From positions 59,965,410 through 60,029,409 of the forward strand of contig NC_057719.1 of assembly GCF_004010195.1 (NCBI RefSeq): a stretch of DNA of 64,000 bases, written 5' to 3'. The DNA is from Chiloscyllium plagiosum. Taxonomy: Eukaryota. The notes beneath the pieces were generated by a model. That model did not search any database. It saw only the letters and a program-made list of their open reading frames with translations, and had not been told where the DNA came from. The translations under genes were made by a program, and so were the position numbers. Shown here one piece after another: positions 37,240-49,600 of this stretch (positions within the stretch are counted from its first letter, which is position 1; every line of letters starts with the position of its first letter).

Positions 37240-39265
37240 AAGGTGAAATGTCAATTTGACTTCTTAATTGGTTGTTGCATCTGTATGCTAACTACATCGT
37301 GTTTCATGTACAGGAACACCCAGATCCCATTGTGCTGCACATTTTTGGAGTCTCTCTTTATTTAAGTAATAATCTGTCTTTTGATTCATCCTACCAAAGT
37401 ATACAACCTCACATTTTTGTATGTTAAATTCCATCTGCCATGTTTTGCACACTCACACAAGCTACCCATATCCTTTGTAAATTCCTTATAACCTCATCAC
37501 AACATGCTCTCCCAACTATTTTTGTACTTTTAACAAATTTGCCCTACCCACACTTGCCCTATCCTCCACATCATTAACATAGGTATTAAATAATTGAGGC
37601 ACTTAGGACTGGTCCTCATGGTACCCCACTAGCTTTATCTTTCCAATCTGAAAAAGACCCATTAATTCTTTTTTGTGCTAATAAATTCTCAACTATGCTA
37701 ATACATTATCCCCTATGCCATGAGCTCTTACGTTGTGCAGTAATCATTTTTGTGGCGCCTTATTGGATGCTTCCTGGAAATTCAAATACACCACATTTAT
37801 CAGTTCTTCTTTATCAACTTTTACTCAAAGAATTGTAGCAATTTTGTCAAAAATGATTTCCCTTTCACAAAACTATACTGACATTATTTTATTGCACTAA
37901 GCTTTTCTCAATATCCTGATACTGCTGTCTTATTACTAGAGGAGTATCACAGTAGCAGTTTTCCAACCCACCGGAACTCTCCCTGAATCCAGTGAGTTTG
38001 CAATATTTGATTAATTTCTCTACTATCTTTGCACTCACTTTCTCTAAAACTTTTTGATGCCGTTTGTCAAGTCCTGGCAACCTGTCTACCTTTAGTTCTG
38101 CTAATTTGTCAAACAGTTTGTCCCACAACATAGAAACTGTTACACAACCTTTCCTCCATCATCACCTTGTTTATCACCTTTTAGATGTTTACTATGTCTT
38201 CCACTGTGAAGACTGATGCAAAATATTGGTTTAAATTATCTTCCATTTCCATATTCCCAGCTCCCCAGTTGCATTCTCCACCGGTCCCCCACTTAGTTTG
38301 ACTCTCTTTGCACATGGCTGTGGATGCATTTGTTATTTGCCTTTATATTTCTTGCTAATTTATTTTCATAATTAATTTTTTCTCTTTATTAGCATTTTAG
38401 TCATTTGCTGTTGGTTCATAAAACACTCCCAATCCTCTGGCCTAAATTAGTTTAGCACAACTTACTATGTCTTAGCTTTTGATTAGTTACACTCCTTGAC
38501 AGCCTTTATTAACCGTGGATGATTCATCCTTCTCATTGAATCCTTCGTTTGACTAAAAATAAATTTCTGTTGAGTGTTATGAAATATCTGCTTAAATATC
38601 TGCCACTGTTCAGCCAATGACCTCTCCTTATTCTTTTTTCCACTCATTTTAGACATCTCTTCCTACATACCTTTGTCATGATTTGGAGATGCCGGTGTTG
38701 GACTGGGGTGTACAAAGTTAAAAATCACACAACACCAGGTTATAGTCCAACAGGTTTAATTGGAAGCACACGAGCTTTCGGAGCGACACTATCACCTGAT
38801 GAAGGAGCGACGCTCCAAAAGCTAGTGTGCTTCCAATTAAACCTGTTGGACTATAACCTGGTGTTGTGTGATTTTTAACTTTGCACATACCTTTGTAATT
38901 GCCTTTAGTTAAGTTGAGGGTAATGGCTTGAGACCTGAGTTGGTCTCCCTCAAACTGATTTTGAAATCCTACCGTATTGTGGTCTCTACACCCAGAGAAT
39001 CCTTAACTACAAGATCTCTTATTAATCCTACTTCATTACTCATTACAAAATCTAAAGTAGCCTGTTCCTGGGAAGGGTCTGCAATGTAACTGCTCTAAGA
39101 AACAATTCCTGATACACTCTACAATTTGCCTTCTCACATTATGCTTGCCCATCTGATTTGTCGAGTCAGTAACCAGATTAAAATCCCCTCTGACAACTAT
39201 AGTGCTCTTCTTACATGCCTCTATTAAATCCTGGTTTATACCATATCCTACAGTGAGATAGGACA
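37240..39265 (-). mobile_element. Old CR1 LINE (endonuclease to RT), decayed
   Basis: VVRGDFNL (APE endonuclease) and VDRLPGLDKRHQKVLEKV on the minus strand. Confidence 0.8.
38680..38884. mobile_element. Palindromic mini-element, family C, with hammerhead core
   Basis: 33-nt leader, then ~73-bp inverted arms (38713-38786 / 38811-38883). Core CAC-CTGATGA-A-GGAGC-GAC-GCTCC-aAA-AGCT-A-GTG. Flanks acatacctttgtcat / acatacctttgtaat. Confidence 0.85.
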
Positions 39266-41084
39266 CTCTTGAACTGAATAATTTACTTGGTCAGTTCAGA
39301 GGGTAGTTAAAAGTCAAGCAACTTCCTGTGAATTTGGAGCATATTTAGGCCACACTGGGGAAGAACACCACTTTTCTGTCCCCGAAGGCATATTGAACCA
39401 GATAGGTTTTTACAGAAATCAGTGCAGTGTAAAGACACCCCACCTTTTTCCCAGTCACTTCCATTTTGCTGGATTCTTTCCAACAAAATGCTTTAACCTG
39501 ATTAATAAGTCAAATGGGGGTTGCAACATATGGACAGTGAGGACCATGACAATGTTTGGGTTCAACTGTGCAAAGAAGTGTTTTACACACCACAGTGATG
39601 GCACCTGGGAAATTAGAGTAGCTAAAAGCTTCGATTCTGTGAAACCAAGGGAAGCAAGGGTGCTCTGCTGGGCATCCCAAACTGAGTCTGGGCCACTGTC
39701 TCCCATAAACTTGACTTCTGCCTGTACCAAGAATTTTCCTATACCTGACTGTAGGTGTGGCATTGCCCTGGAATGTTGTTTCTGACCATAGCCTGAAAGC
39801 AAATTAATCTAATATTTATCCACTAAGCAGCCCATCACAAGTCAGATATTTTGCTTTCCTTTTATTACTATGCCTCAGACACATCAGCAACCATTCATAA
39901 ATGGAGAATATGCAAATTCAAAGTTTAATTTATGTACATTTCAAAGATGCTCAATTTATAAAGGCATTTTGTTTTAAAATCAAAATACAATTTAATGTTA
40001 TAGTGTCTCCACCAAGTGGTTTACAAAGGAATTGACATATAGATTGATAGCTCCATTGGGATTAATAATATTTCCATATTTATTTTACAAGATTGCTATT
40101 ATATGAATGTGAGGAAAATGACTGCCAGAACAGCCCTGATATGTGCCTGATTTTAATAGCTATGGTGCATCATGTAAATCAGTTAGAAATCAACTTGATT
40201 TAAAAATGTTTACATGGAGTGTTTTTGAGTCCAATATACAAATATTGGTAGCTTCAATATGATCTTTTTTTCAAAATGTTTTCCAGTTTTGATCCTTTGA
40301 AGAGAGGGATCATCAGCATTTATGACCACAGCTGCACTGGGTCTTGATCAGTTCTAGTGACAGGCATTTTAGTATTTGGACAAACTAGTGTTATTGCTGA
40401 TAAAGGGATGGCTGGAAAATGGGAAGCCTTCAAAAATGAGAATCCAGAGACAGTTATGTTCTTGTTAGGCTGGTAGGTGTGGAGAATGCTGGATGATAAG
40501 AGAAATCAAGGTTTGATTAAGAATAAGAAGGAAGCCTATGTGATGTATACATGGCAGAGATCGAGCGATTCCCAAGAAGAGTGGAAAGGCAGCAGGACGA
40601 TACTTAACAAGGAAATTAAGAAAGCAAAAAGAGGATGTGAGAGATCTTTGGTAAATAGGGTTAAGGAGAATCCAAAGGGATTCTACAAACACATTAAGGA
40701 CAATAGCGTAACAAGGGAGAGAATAGTGCCCCTTAAAGGCCACTTATGTGTGGGACCGCAGGAGATGGGGGAGATACTAAATCAGTATTTTGCATCAGTG
40801 TTTACTGTGGAGAAGGATATGGAAGATAGAGAACATGGGGAAATAAATAGCGATATCTTGAAAAATGTCCATATTACAGAGGAAGAGGTACTGGATGTCT
40901 TAAAACCCATAAAGGTGGAAAAATCCCTAGGACCTGATCAGGTGTACACTAAAGCTCTGTGGGAAGCTAGGGAAATGATTGCTGAGCCCCTTGCTGAGAT
41001 TTTTGTATCATCGATAATCAAAGGTGAGGTGCTGGAAGACTGGAGGTTGGCTAATGTGGTGCCACTGTTTAAGAAAGATGGTAA

Positions 41085-41387
41085 GGCACAGTGGTTAGCA
41101 CTGCTGCCTCACAGTGCCAGAGACCCAGGTTTAATTCCCGACTCAGGCGACTGACTGTGTGGAGTTTGCACGTTCTCCCCATGTCTGCGTGGGTTTCCTC
41201 CGGGTGCTCCGGTTTCCTCCCACAGTCCAAAGGTGTGCAGGTAAGGTGAATTGGCCATGCTAAATTGCCCGTAGTGTTAGGTAAGGGGTAAATGTAGGGG
41301 TATGGGTGGGTTGCGCTTCGGCGGGTCGATGTGGACGTTGGGCCGAAGGGCCTGTTTCCACACTGTAATGTAATCTAATGTAATCTA
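41085..41387 (+). mobile_element. HE1-type SINE nested in CR1
   Basis: tRNA-like head ggcacagtggttagc...ggtttaattcccg, CR1-like 3' end gggccgaagggcctgtttcc, and taatc/taatg tail. Confidence 0.93.
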
Positions 41388-41828
41388 AAAAAAAAGCCAG
41401 GGAACTATAGACCAGTGAGCCTGAGATTGGTGGTGGGCAAATTGTTGGAAGTAACCCTGAGGGACAGGATTTACATGTATTTGGAAAGGTAAGGACTGAT
41501 TAGAGATAATCAACATAGCTTTGAGAGTGGGAAACAATGTCGCACAAACTTGATTGAGTTTTTTGAAGAAATAATGAAGAGGATTGATAAGGGCAGAATG
41601 GTGGACATGATCTATATGGACTTCAGTAAGGCGCTCAACAAGGTTCCTCATGGGAGACTGGTTAGCAAGGTCAGATCACATGAAATACAGGGAGAACTAG
41701 CCATTTGGATACAGAACTGGCTTGAAGGTAGAAGGCAGAGGGTGGTGGTGGAGGATTGCTTGTCAGACTGGAGGCCTGTGACCAGTGGAGTGCCACAAAG
41801 ATTGGTCCTCTGTTTTTTGTCATTTATG

Positions 41829-42061
41829 GAGAAAGTGAGGACTGCAGATGCTGGAGATCAGAGCTAAAAATGTGTTGCTGGAAAAGCACAGCAGGTCAGG
41901 CAGCATCCAAGGAGGAAGAGAATCGACATTTCGGGCATGAGCCCTTCTTCAGGAATGAAGGAGGGCTCATTCCTGAAGAAGGGCTCATGCCGAAATGTCA
42001 ATTCTCCTACTCCTTGGATGCTGCCTGACCTGCTGTGCTTTTCCAGCAACACATTTTCAGC
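41829..42061. mobile_element. Full palindromic family A mini-element with two opposed hammerhead cores
   Basis: 33-nt leader, ~97-bp arms (41862-41958 / 41967-42062) and a perfect 15-bp TSD tttttgtcatttatg. Cores at 41929-41952 (-) and 41973-41995 (+). Confidence 0.92.
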
Positions 42062-43779
42062 TTTTTGTCATTTATGTGAACCTAGGAGGTATAGTTAGTA
42101 AGTTTGGAGATGACACTAAAATTGGAGGTGTAGTGGACAGTGATGAAGGTTAACTTACAATGGAACCTTGATCAGATGGGCCAATTGGCCGAGGAGTGGC
42201 AGATGGAGGTTAATTCAGAAAGCTGTGAGGTACTGCATTTTGGAAAGGCAGGACTTCTACACAATGGTAAGTTTCTGGGAAGTGTTGCTGAACAAAAAGA
42301 CCTTGGAGTGCAGGTTCATAGCTCCTTGAAAGTAGAGTTGCAGGTAGATAGAATATAGGAAAAGGCATTTGATATTCTTGCCGTTATTGATCAGTGCATT
42401 GCGTGTAGGAGTAGGGAGGCCATGTTGTAGCTGTGGAGGACATTGGTTAGGCCATTTTTGGAATACTGCAAGCAATCCTGTTCTCCCTGCTATAGAAAGT
42501 ATATTGTAAAACTTGAAAGGGTTCAGAAAAGATTTACAAGGATGTTGCCAGGGTTGGAGGATTTGAGCTCCAGGGAGAGGCTGAACAGGCTGGGGCTGTT
42601 TTCCCTGGCGCGTTGGAGGCTGAGGGGTGACCTTATAGAGGTTCATAAAATCACGAGGGACATGGATTGGTACATGTATGGGGTGATGGGAGTCCAAAAC
42701 TAGAGGGCATAGGTTTAGTGTGAGAGGGGAAAATTTAAAAAGGATTGAAGGGGCAACGTTTTCACGCAGAGGGTTGTGCATGTATGGAATGAGCTGCCAG
42801 AGGAAGTGGTGGAGGTTGGTACAATTGCAACATTTAAAAGGCATTTGGATCGGTATATGAATAGGAAGGGTTGAGAGGGATATGGGCCAAATACTGGAAA
42901 ACAGGACTAGATTAATTTCAGATATCTGGTTGGCATGGACGAGTTGGACTAAAGGGACTGTTTCTGTGCTGCATACCTCAATGACTCTATGACTCAATGT
43001 GCTTTCATTTAAAACATGAAAGCGAGGAAGGATAAATGTCGAGAAACAAAATGGGAAAAAAAGAGAACCAGAGAATGAAAGATGGATAGAACAGAGGGAA
43101 AATAAGAAAGAGAAAGAAAAGCAAATGACAGATCAAAGTTAGTATAAGACAGAGAAGGAAGCAGCAGGGTTGTACTGTCCTACAGTTAGTTGTCTTGTAG
43201 TTATTCACAAAAGTTTAAAATACCACTGCACCAGTGCAGGCTTAGATGATGTGCAGATATCCAATGGCACCCTTGGATTGAAGGAGAAACCTAAGCAACA
43301 AAAGGTGTTTTTTTAAAACAGTGACACCCTGTACCCAATAACAAAACCACCTGTTCTCAATTCTCTCTCTTGTGTTTTTTCCCCCCAGCGCTGATGCCAT
43401 ATTGTCTAAGGTAAGTATTGAGCAAAATGGCAAATACAAAATGTGTGGGACATATAAAAACATGGGGCATGAGTTGTGAGTTGGCATTAAGCTAACGTAG
43501 TTGCTATTCTAATTAAAATATGAAGTACTGGTAGTTTGAAAAGGAAACGTGATCATGGATTTGCATTGTTAAAATTTGCTCTCAGTCCATAACACAGCAG
43601 ATGCAGATGGGTTATAGCTACATTAAAAAGAACAGAAAAGCTCTGCATCATGGCCACATATGTACAGCTTGTCGATTCATTGCTTCCTCCGATCAAGTTC
43701 AGTCCCCTCAAACATCTCCCCCACAATCACTGCCTCTTTACTGTTCTCCCTGGGATACTTTATCATGTCCAAGCCCCTG

Positions 43780-44810
43780 TGCCTTGAAAATGACAGAGTT
43801 AATTCAAAGACCAGTTCTCATGGTTCAGCGATGCTTTCCTTCAGGTTCTTCTTTGGGAAGTCAGAGAAACACAGCAATTGGTCTTTCCTGCAGATAGCAT
43901 CAGAAGACCATCTACTTCATGATGGCCTGGTAGAGGTGACAAAGGACTTGAGCAACCAAGACTTCCAGAGCAGAACCAGGGTACAGCATGGGATATTGGT
44001 GTATGACCTAACTGGTCCACCAAGGTCATGTCAGGTTGGCAGAAGTGTATGGGTCTTTGCTTCTTCATTGCATTTGAATGTGATGCTTGACTGACAAGCC
44101 AGTATATGTAATCAGCAGAGGTAGTGGTCATCCATTTTATAGGAGTGATGACGGTCAATTACAGGTGGCAAGGCTGTAACGGCGAGGATAATGGAGGCAG
44201 AGATAATCATGCTCATGATGGCATATGGGCACAAATGAGTCACCTAAGAAAAGATATGATGTGTTCATACTGTGCTGATGCTTAATGTGATCCTGTTTAT
44301 TTTCCAGCGTAGGACATCCCCACTCCAGGACCAAGTTGCAACCAAGCAAGGAACCAAAAGATTCTTTCACCAAGAAAAATGAGAGCAGTGTCCCACAGCA
44401 TGCATCATTCCAGGTCTCATCAACAGCCTCCATCAGAGCAGTTTTACCCACTCTGTGCGCAGAGGGATCAAGAGTAAAATAGGGGTCACGTTTTAGTGAA
44501 TGCATCGTGTACATGTCCCAGTGACAAATTAGATCACCTGACAGTGGAGATGTCTTGGACCAGTTTAGATGAGCCTGAGACTGCTGACAGGCCCCTGGTT
44601 GAGGCCACAAGGAGCCTGCTGGCCTTGCAGAAAATGACAGGAGGTAAATCAGAAATGCCAGAGGTCATTTACAGCTTTGAGCAAGCAATGGAGGATTCTC
44701 CCCATAATGTACATTTTGCCATGTCATTGTCATATGAGCACATGGCTTCCCCCCTGGAGAGGTTGACAAATACCATAAAGAGCCAACCGTTTGTACTTTG
44801 ATCTGCATTC
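43780..44810 (+). pseudogene. Decayed Myb/SANT-like gene, probably from a Harbinger transposon
   Basis: EVTKDLSNQDFQSRTRVQHGILVYDLT resembles WxEVAxxVS...RTxxQCRKxxNDL. Candidate acceptor ttttccag| at ~44308, followed by a helical ORF. Confidence 0.4.
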
Positions 44811-46587
44811 CATTGCTCAAGCCAAAAGCTAATATAGCAATGGTTAGATGATTGGGAAAAAAGATAATGCTCCAGCAAAAGGGACATCCTATTGCACACC
44901 AAGTTAGAAAAGAAGCACATGCCAGTTTTCCCAAGGCCTTAACTTTCCACAGTTAATGGCAGCTTTTCATCCTCCCATTAATACCACAGTCCTGGCCAAG
45001 ATGGAATCAGAGCTGGGTGGGAAGGCGCTCTTGGACCTGTGAAGGAGATCTCCAAAAGGCTGGAGCTCCCAAGGTTCTCTGCTTCCAGGGGACTTCTGCC
45101 ATGTTCATCCAAGGCAACAGTGGGAAAAAAAAGGTAGCAGATGCCTCCAGCTTAGCAGCTAATATCAGGATAGCACCTTGATGGAGAGATAGGAAAAGGA
45201 TTCTTAAGACATTATGAAAACTAAGAAAGCATTAGTATTCCATAAACACATTTCACATGTAAATCACACACAATACTTTCTTTTGATACATTATTTGTAT
45301 ACATTATTACCATTATTGTGTTCTGGCAATAGAGAGCTAAGTATAATGGTTTTCACTCTGAAAGTTGTAGAGGATGAAGAGATTTTGCCATTGCTGACAA
45401 AGATGTTTTTCACATATATGCAAGTTTTGTTGAATATTCATTTGAGTTTCCAGTGTTATACTGACTCATCTGTGGGACATGGCTTAATATAACTGACCCC
45501 AGTTAATCTTTTCTTTCTATGCACTGGGAAGGAAAATGCCAAGATGACTCTGAACAGGGATAAGTTGAATGGTTCACTCAGAATTAATTGAAAAGAGGGA
45601 TCACATTTATTGGTCAGGGTATGCTGATGCACATATTTCCAAGTGCTGTACTGATTGTCTTTGTACCAGTATTAACAAGAGAGAAAATCTCTGCTCCTTG
45701 TGCTATTGTAGGTGGTACAAAGTGCAAGTTCTGAGGTTGTGTCACAAGGAAGGATGGTTGGGTTAGGTCTTCAGCCCTAGAAAGCAATGGAGTTGCAGCA
45801 ATGAGATAGTGGTGATGTTTAGGCCAAATTACTTTTACATTTTGACCTTCTGATCTAAGATCCTCTTGTACTGATCTCATATTTTATTGGCAGTACTACC
45901 TTATTTTCTTTATTACCTATCTTTCCTTTATATAAAATGCTCTTAAACATTCAGTTCAAGGTTATCCTGCAGCAAAATCTCTGTAATAACAATCAGATTT
46001 TACCTGTTCACATACATTTATGCCAGCAATTTGTCTACCTTGTTATGAATGTTGGATGCATTCAGATAGCGTGTCTTTAATTCAGCCTCTTTTTATTTTT
46101 GCTAACATTACTTTAGCTGCTCGGGCACAGTTGAGTTTCTCTGCTCTGTCCCTTTCTGCAACATTCAGGTTATCAAATTCCTTTATTGCTACCTTGCTCA
46201 CTTACCTTGCTGTCTCTGTCGCTTGGATTTTATTACTTCTTCCTACGCTTAATTTCTCATCCCCAACATTTAATTTAAAGCCCTTTCTGAGGTCCTTGTT
46301 GTTCACTTTGCCTAAACAGCAGAGGTCATTTGAAAAATATCCCAATGGTATCGTTCCCACTTTTCCCAGTACTGGTGCGAGTGTCCTAAGAAGATTTTTC
46401 CTATTTCAGTCTTTGAGATGTGCACTTAATTCTTTAATGTTATTGCTGTTGGCTCAGATAAGAATCTAGAGATTATACTCTTTCCCGTTCTTTTTCAATT
46501 TAGTCCCTAGCTGTCATATTCTTTAAGCAGAATCTCTTTCCTCATCCTTTGCCACCAGTATCTACACGAACTATGACAACAGAGCTC

Positions 46588-46651
46588 GGGCAGCACAGTG
46601 GTTATCACTGCTACCTCACAGTGCCAGAGACCTGGGTTCAATTCCTGCCTC
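46588..46651 (+). mobile_element. HE1 SINE 5' (tRNA-like) fragment
   Basis: gggcagcacagtggttatcactgc...gggttcaattcctgcctc. Confidence 0.8.
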
Positions 46652-49600
46652 AATGGTCTCATGGTCAGTTTGCTCCACCCTGTAGCTCCTACTTTTACCT
46701 GTGCAGTCTGCAAGATCACCAAAACAGCTCATCTCCAATTCTACTTTCTTGATCTCCTGACCTGCCTCACTTGCATATACATCCTCCTCTCCCTCACCAC
46801 CGATGAAAGCTCCTCCAGCTGCAGACGCTTACTGCAGGTGTGATTGCTGTGGAACATCCAGAAATCCACAAGTTCTCACATTCTGTACCTGCCACATACT
46901 GTCTGCCACTGTCCAGGGGAGCCGTTTCCATAGTTTACTTGGTTCTGTAATAGATTCACCACAATTCTTGTCCTTTCCCCATCACTGAGCAGTTTGTGAA
47001 CCCCTGAACAACAGCCAAAATTCACCAGAATTATGGACATGAGGGCCAAGACTCACAATTGCTTTAGTTTCTCTGTGGGGTCTTAGTGTGGGTGATGTGA
47101 GCACTGATGTCACCATTTGTCCATGGTAAACCCAAATTCACAAGCTACTTGTAGCTATATTTCACAGATCTTGCCTTTACATATCATTATTATTGGGCAT
47201 TCCTTACTGATGTAAAGTTAAAGACTGGGAAATTAGCAAAAATACCATTGAGAGCACAAAGAAGGAGGTTATTTGAATCTTTATTTGACAAATAATGTCT
47301 AATTATAATAAATATAAACACCCAGCATTTCCTTGGATTTCTTCTGATCCAATGCTATTATTTTAGTGGATGTTAATGGAAACTTTCACATAGAAGCAGG
47401 GCTCCCAAAATCCTAAATATCTTTCAGTGGAGTAGAAAGGTGCTGAGGAATTTCCAAGACAAAAACAAAAATCTTTTTAAGTGAGTAGAGATTTACCATG
47501 AATGTTTTATTGCCTCACTATAATTCTCTGATTCTGATATAGTTGATTGCAGCACTTTTAAGTAAGAGATTTGACACACTAACATGGATATATCTTAGGC
47601 ATATAGCTGCTTTAACAGTTATCTTATAGTGTAATTTACCATTGATTAATTTATGTTGAATATTCTGACCCACTGCATCTTGTATCCAGCAAGTACAAAC
47701 ATTGGATCAATGGAGTACTGCAAAATGCACATTGAGATATTTACAGAAAATTCTGCAGGTCTCCAAATGGTAACACAATGCAGAACTGATCAGAAAATGA
47801 TACATGAAAAATTAAATTATGTTCTCAGTAAGAGGTATACACAGTTGTGGAGGAATTTATGGTATTGAAATTCAGAACTGGCACTAAAAGCTCCCCAAAT
47901 GAAAAAGGAGGTAATTGGCTGTTCTAACTTCCCAACAAATCAGATAAGACTCCTTTAAATAATCCAGCTGTGTCCACAGTGGACTGATCTTCAGCATTTT
48001 CCCTGTTCCTCAGATCAATGTGTTCCAATTTCATTCATTTGAAAACTTATCAGTTTATTGCAGTCACGACTAGCGAGGCAACTATTGTTCTAGTGTATGA
48101 CAGTTATTGATTAAAATCATTGCCTTCGCATTATTGTTTTCATAGCAAGAACATCAAATTTTGTATTCTATGTGGGTTTCAAATGTTCTTGGTCATCACC
48201 AGTCAAATTATATTAACTAAATCTTCACAAGTGTGAAAAATTAGAAAGTATATCAATTACATTTTCCAGTCCCTTAAATATTCATGAACCGATGAATTTT
48301 ACTTGTGAAATAAAAAATACATAAACTCATTGCATTTTAAATTAAAATTATAGTCATCATCCACCTGATAAAATAGAACATTTCTGTGTTATCTCCTTAT
48401 TTTCTAATTATTAAAGCATCAACAGGATGTTTCAGGAATTCACTTTCTTAGAGATGTGAATACAGTTTTAGTTTTTGGACTTACATTGTCTCATTTGAAA
48501 AAGGCAAAGGCAGTAGACTGAGCTGCATTTAAATGGGCACAGGTCCATTGCACTACAAGCAACTGACGTTAATGACAAAATTAGAGAGTAAATGAAAACA
48601 TTTTAACCATTAACGACCTTCACCAGGGAGAAGACAAGTTATAACTCTGGTCTGTGCTGGAGCTGCATTTGGTCTCAGTATCTTGATCCCCATTGATTAT
48701 GATTGAGTTTGGTAAATGAGTAGGGTGAGCGATTGATAGGACAGTTGAATTAGAGGTAAACATCCTGGAAACTCAAATTCCAGGAGTAGTAATTGCTTTA
48801 TAAGCTGTTGCATTGTTTTGGAAGTTTTTCCCCATTTTTGGGGAGAAATGATCAAAGGAGAGAGAGAGAACATTGGAGTGATTCTAATAAAGACTAACAA
48901 ACAACAAAAATCACAGCTGACCTTGGAGGAGCCTGTGTGGGAGAGTACACAGCACTGGAGCAGATAAGTGCATGGTTTTTAAGTGTAACCTTGCTTTTTT
49001 TTTGTAAATCTATAATAGTAAGTAGCATGGTTTCTTTTTGATTACATGCTTTGTTGAGATCTATCTCTTGATTAAAATTTAAAAATATAAAACATTGTAC
49101 GAAGTTAGCCTGGAGCCGTGTTTTTCAGAGCTGTAAGGCTGTGCCATTTTCTGGGTCCAGAGATTGTTAAGGAGCAAAGATGGCCTTTAGTAGGGTGATA
49201 TGCTCTTCCTATTGGATGTCGGAGTTAGGAAGTGTGCATGGTTTTGAATCCTATCAAACACATGGATCTGTTGCAGTGGCAGTTAGAGACAACGAGTAAT
49301 TTACAGGAGTTGGGGGTGTTATAGCTTGTTGGATGGCAGTTATAGGAAGGGAGAAAAGCCACAGATACAGTCAGGTAGATGGGTTACCCCCAGAAAAGGT
49401 AGGAGAAGGAGGCAGATAGTGCAGGAGTCTCCTGTAGCTATTCCCAACTCAAACAAGTATCCTGTTTTGGAAAGTGTAGGCGGTAATGGCCTCTCAGGGG
49501 AATGTAGCACGAACAGCCAAGTTTCTGGTACCAAGACTGGCTCTAACGTAATGAGGGGTACGTCAGGTTCTAAGTGATCGATTGTGATAAGGGACTCTCC

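Larger units (their letters stand above)
40370..42995 (+). mobile_element. CR1/HER1-like LINE ORF2 remnant with two nested insertions
   Basis: 225-aa ORF KENPKGFYKHIK...WRLANVVPLFKK, YMDFSKAL and (ctatga)n-type tail. Confidence 0.95.

Noticed and set aside
41085..41145. tRNA gene
   Set aside because: The A/B-box-like head runs straight into SINE body and LINE-like tail; no complete cloverleaf.
41829..42061. Interpretation as a DNA-transposon MITE or a miRNA precursor
   Set aside because: Asymmetric ends, a 15-bp TSD, identity to a Penelope tail and hammerhead cores fit a PLE origin better.
42257..42997. 246-aa minus-strand ORF
   Set aside because: It is the antisense frame of a CR1 3' region; similar peptides occur at other CR1 copies.
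45300..45900. Harbinger transposase next to the Myb/SANT-like remnant
   Set aside because: No convincing DDE-region motifs in any frame.
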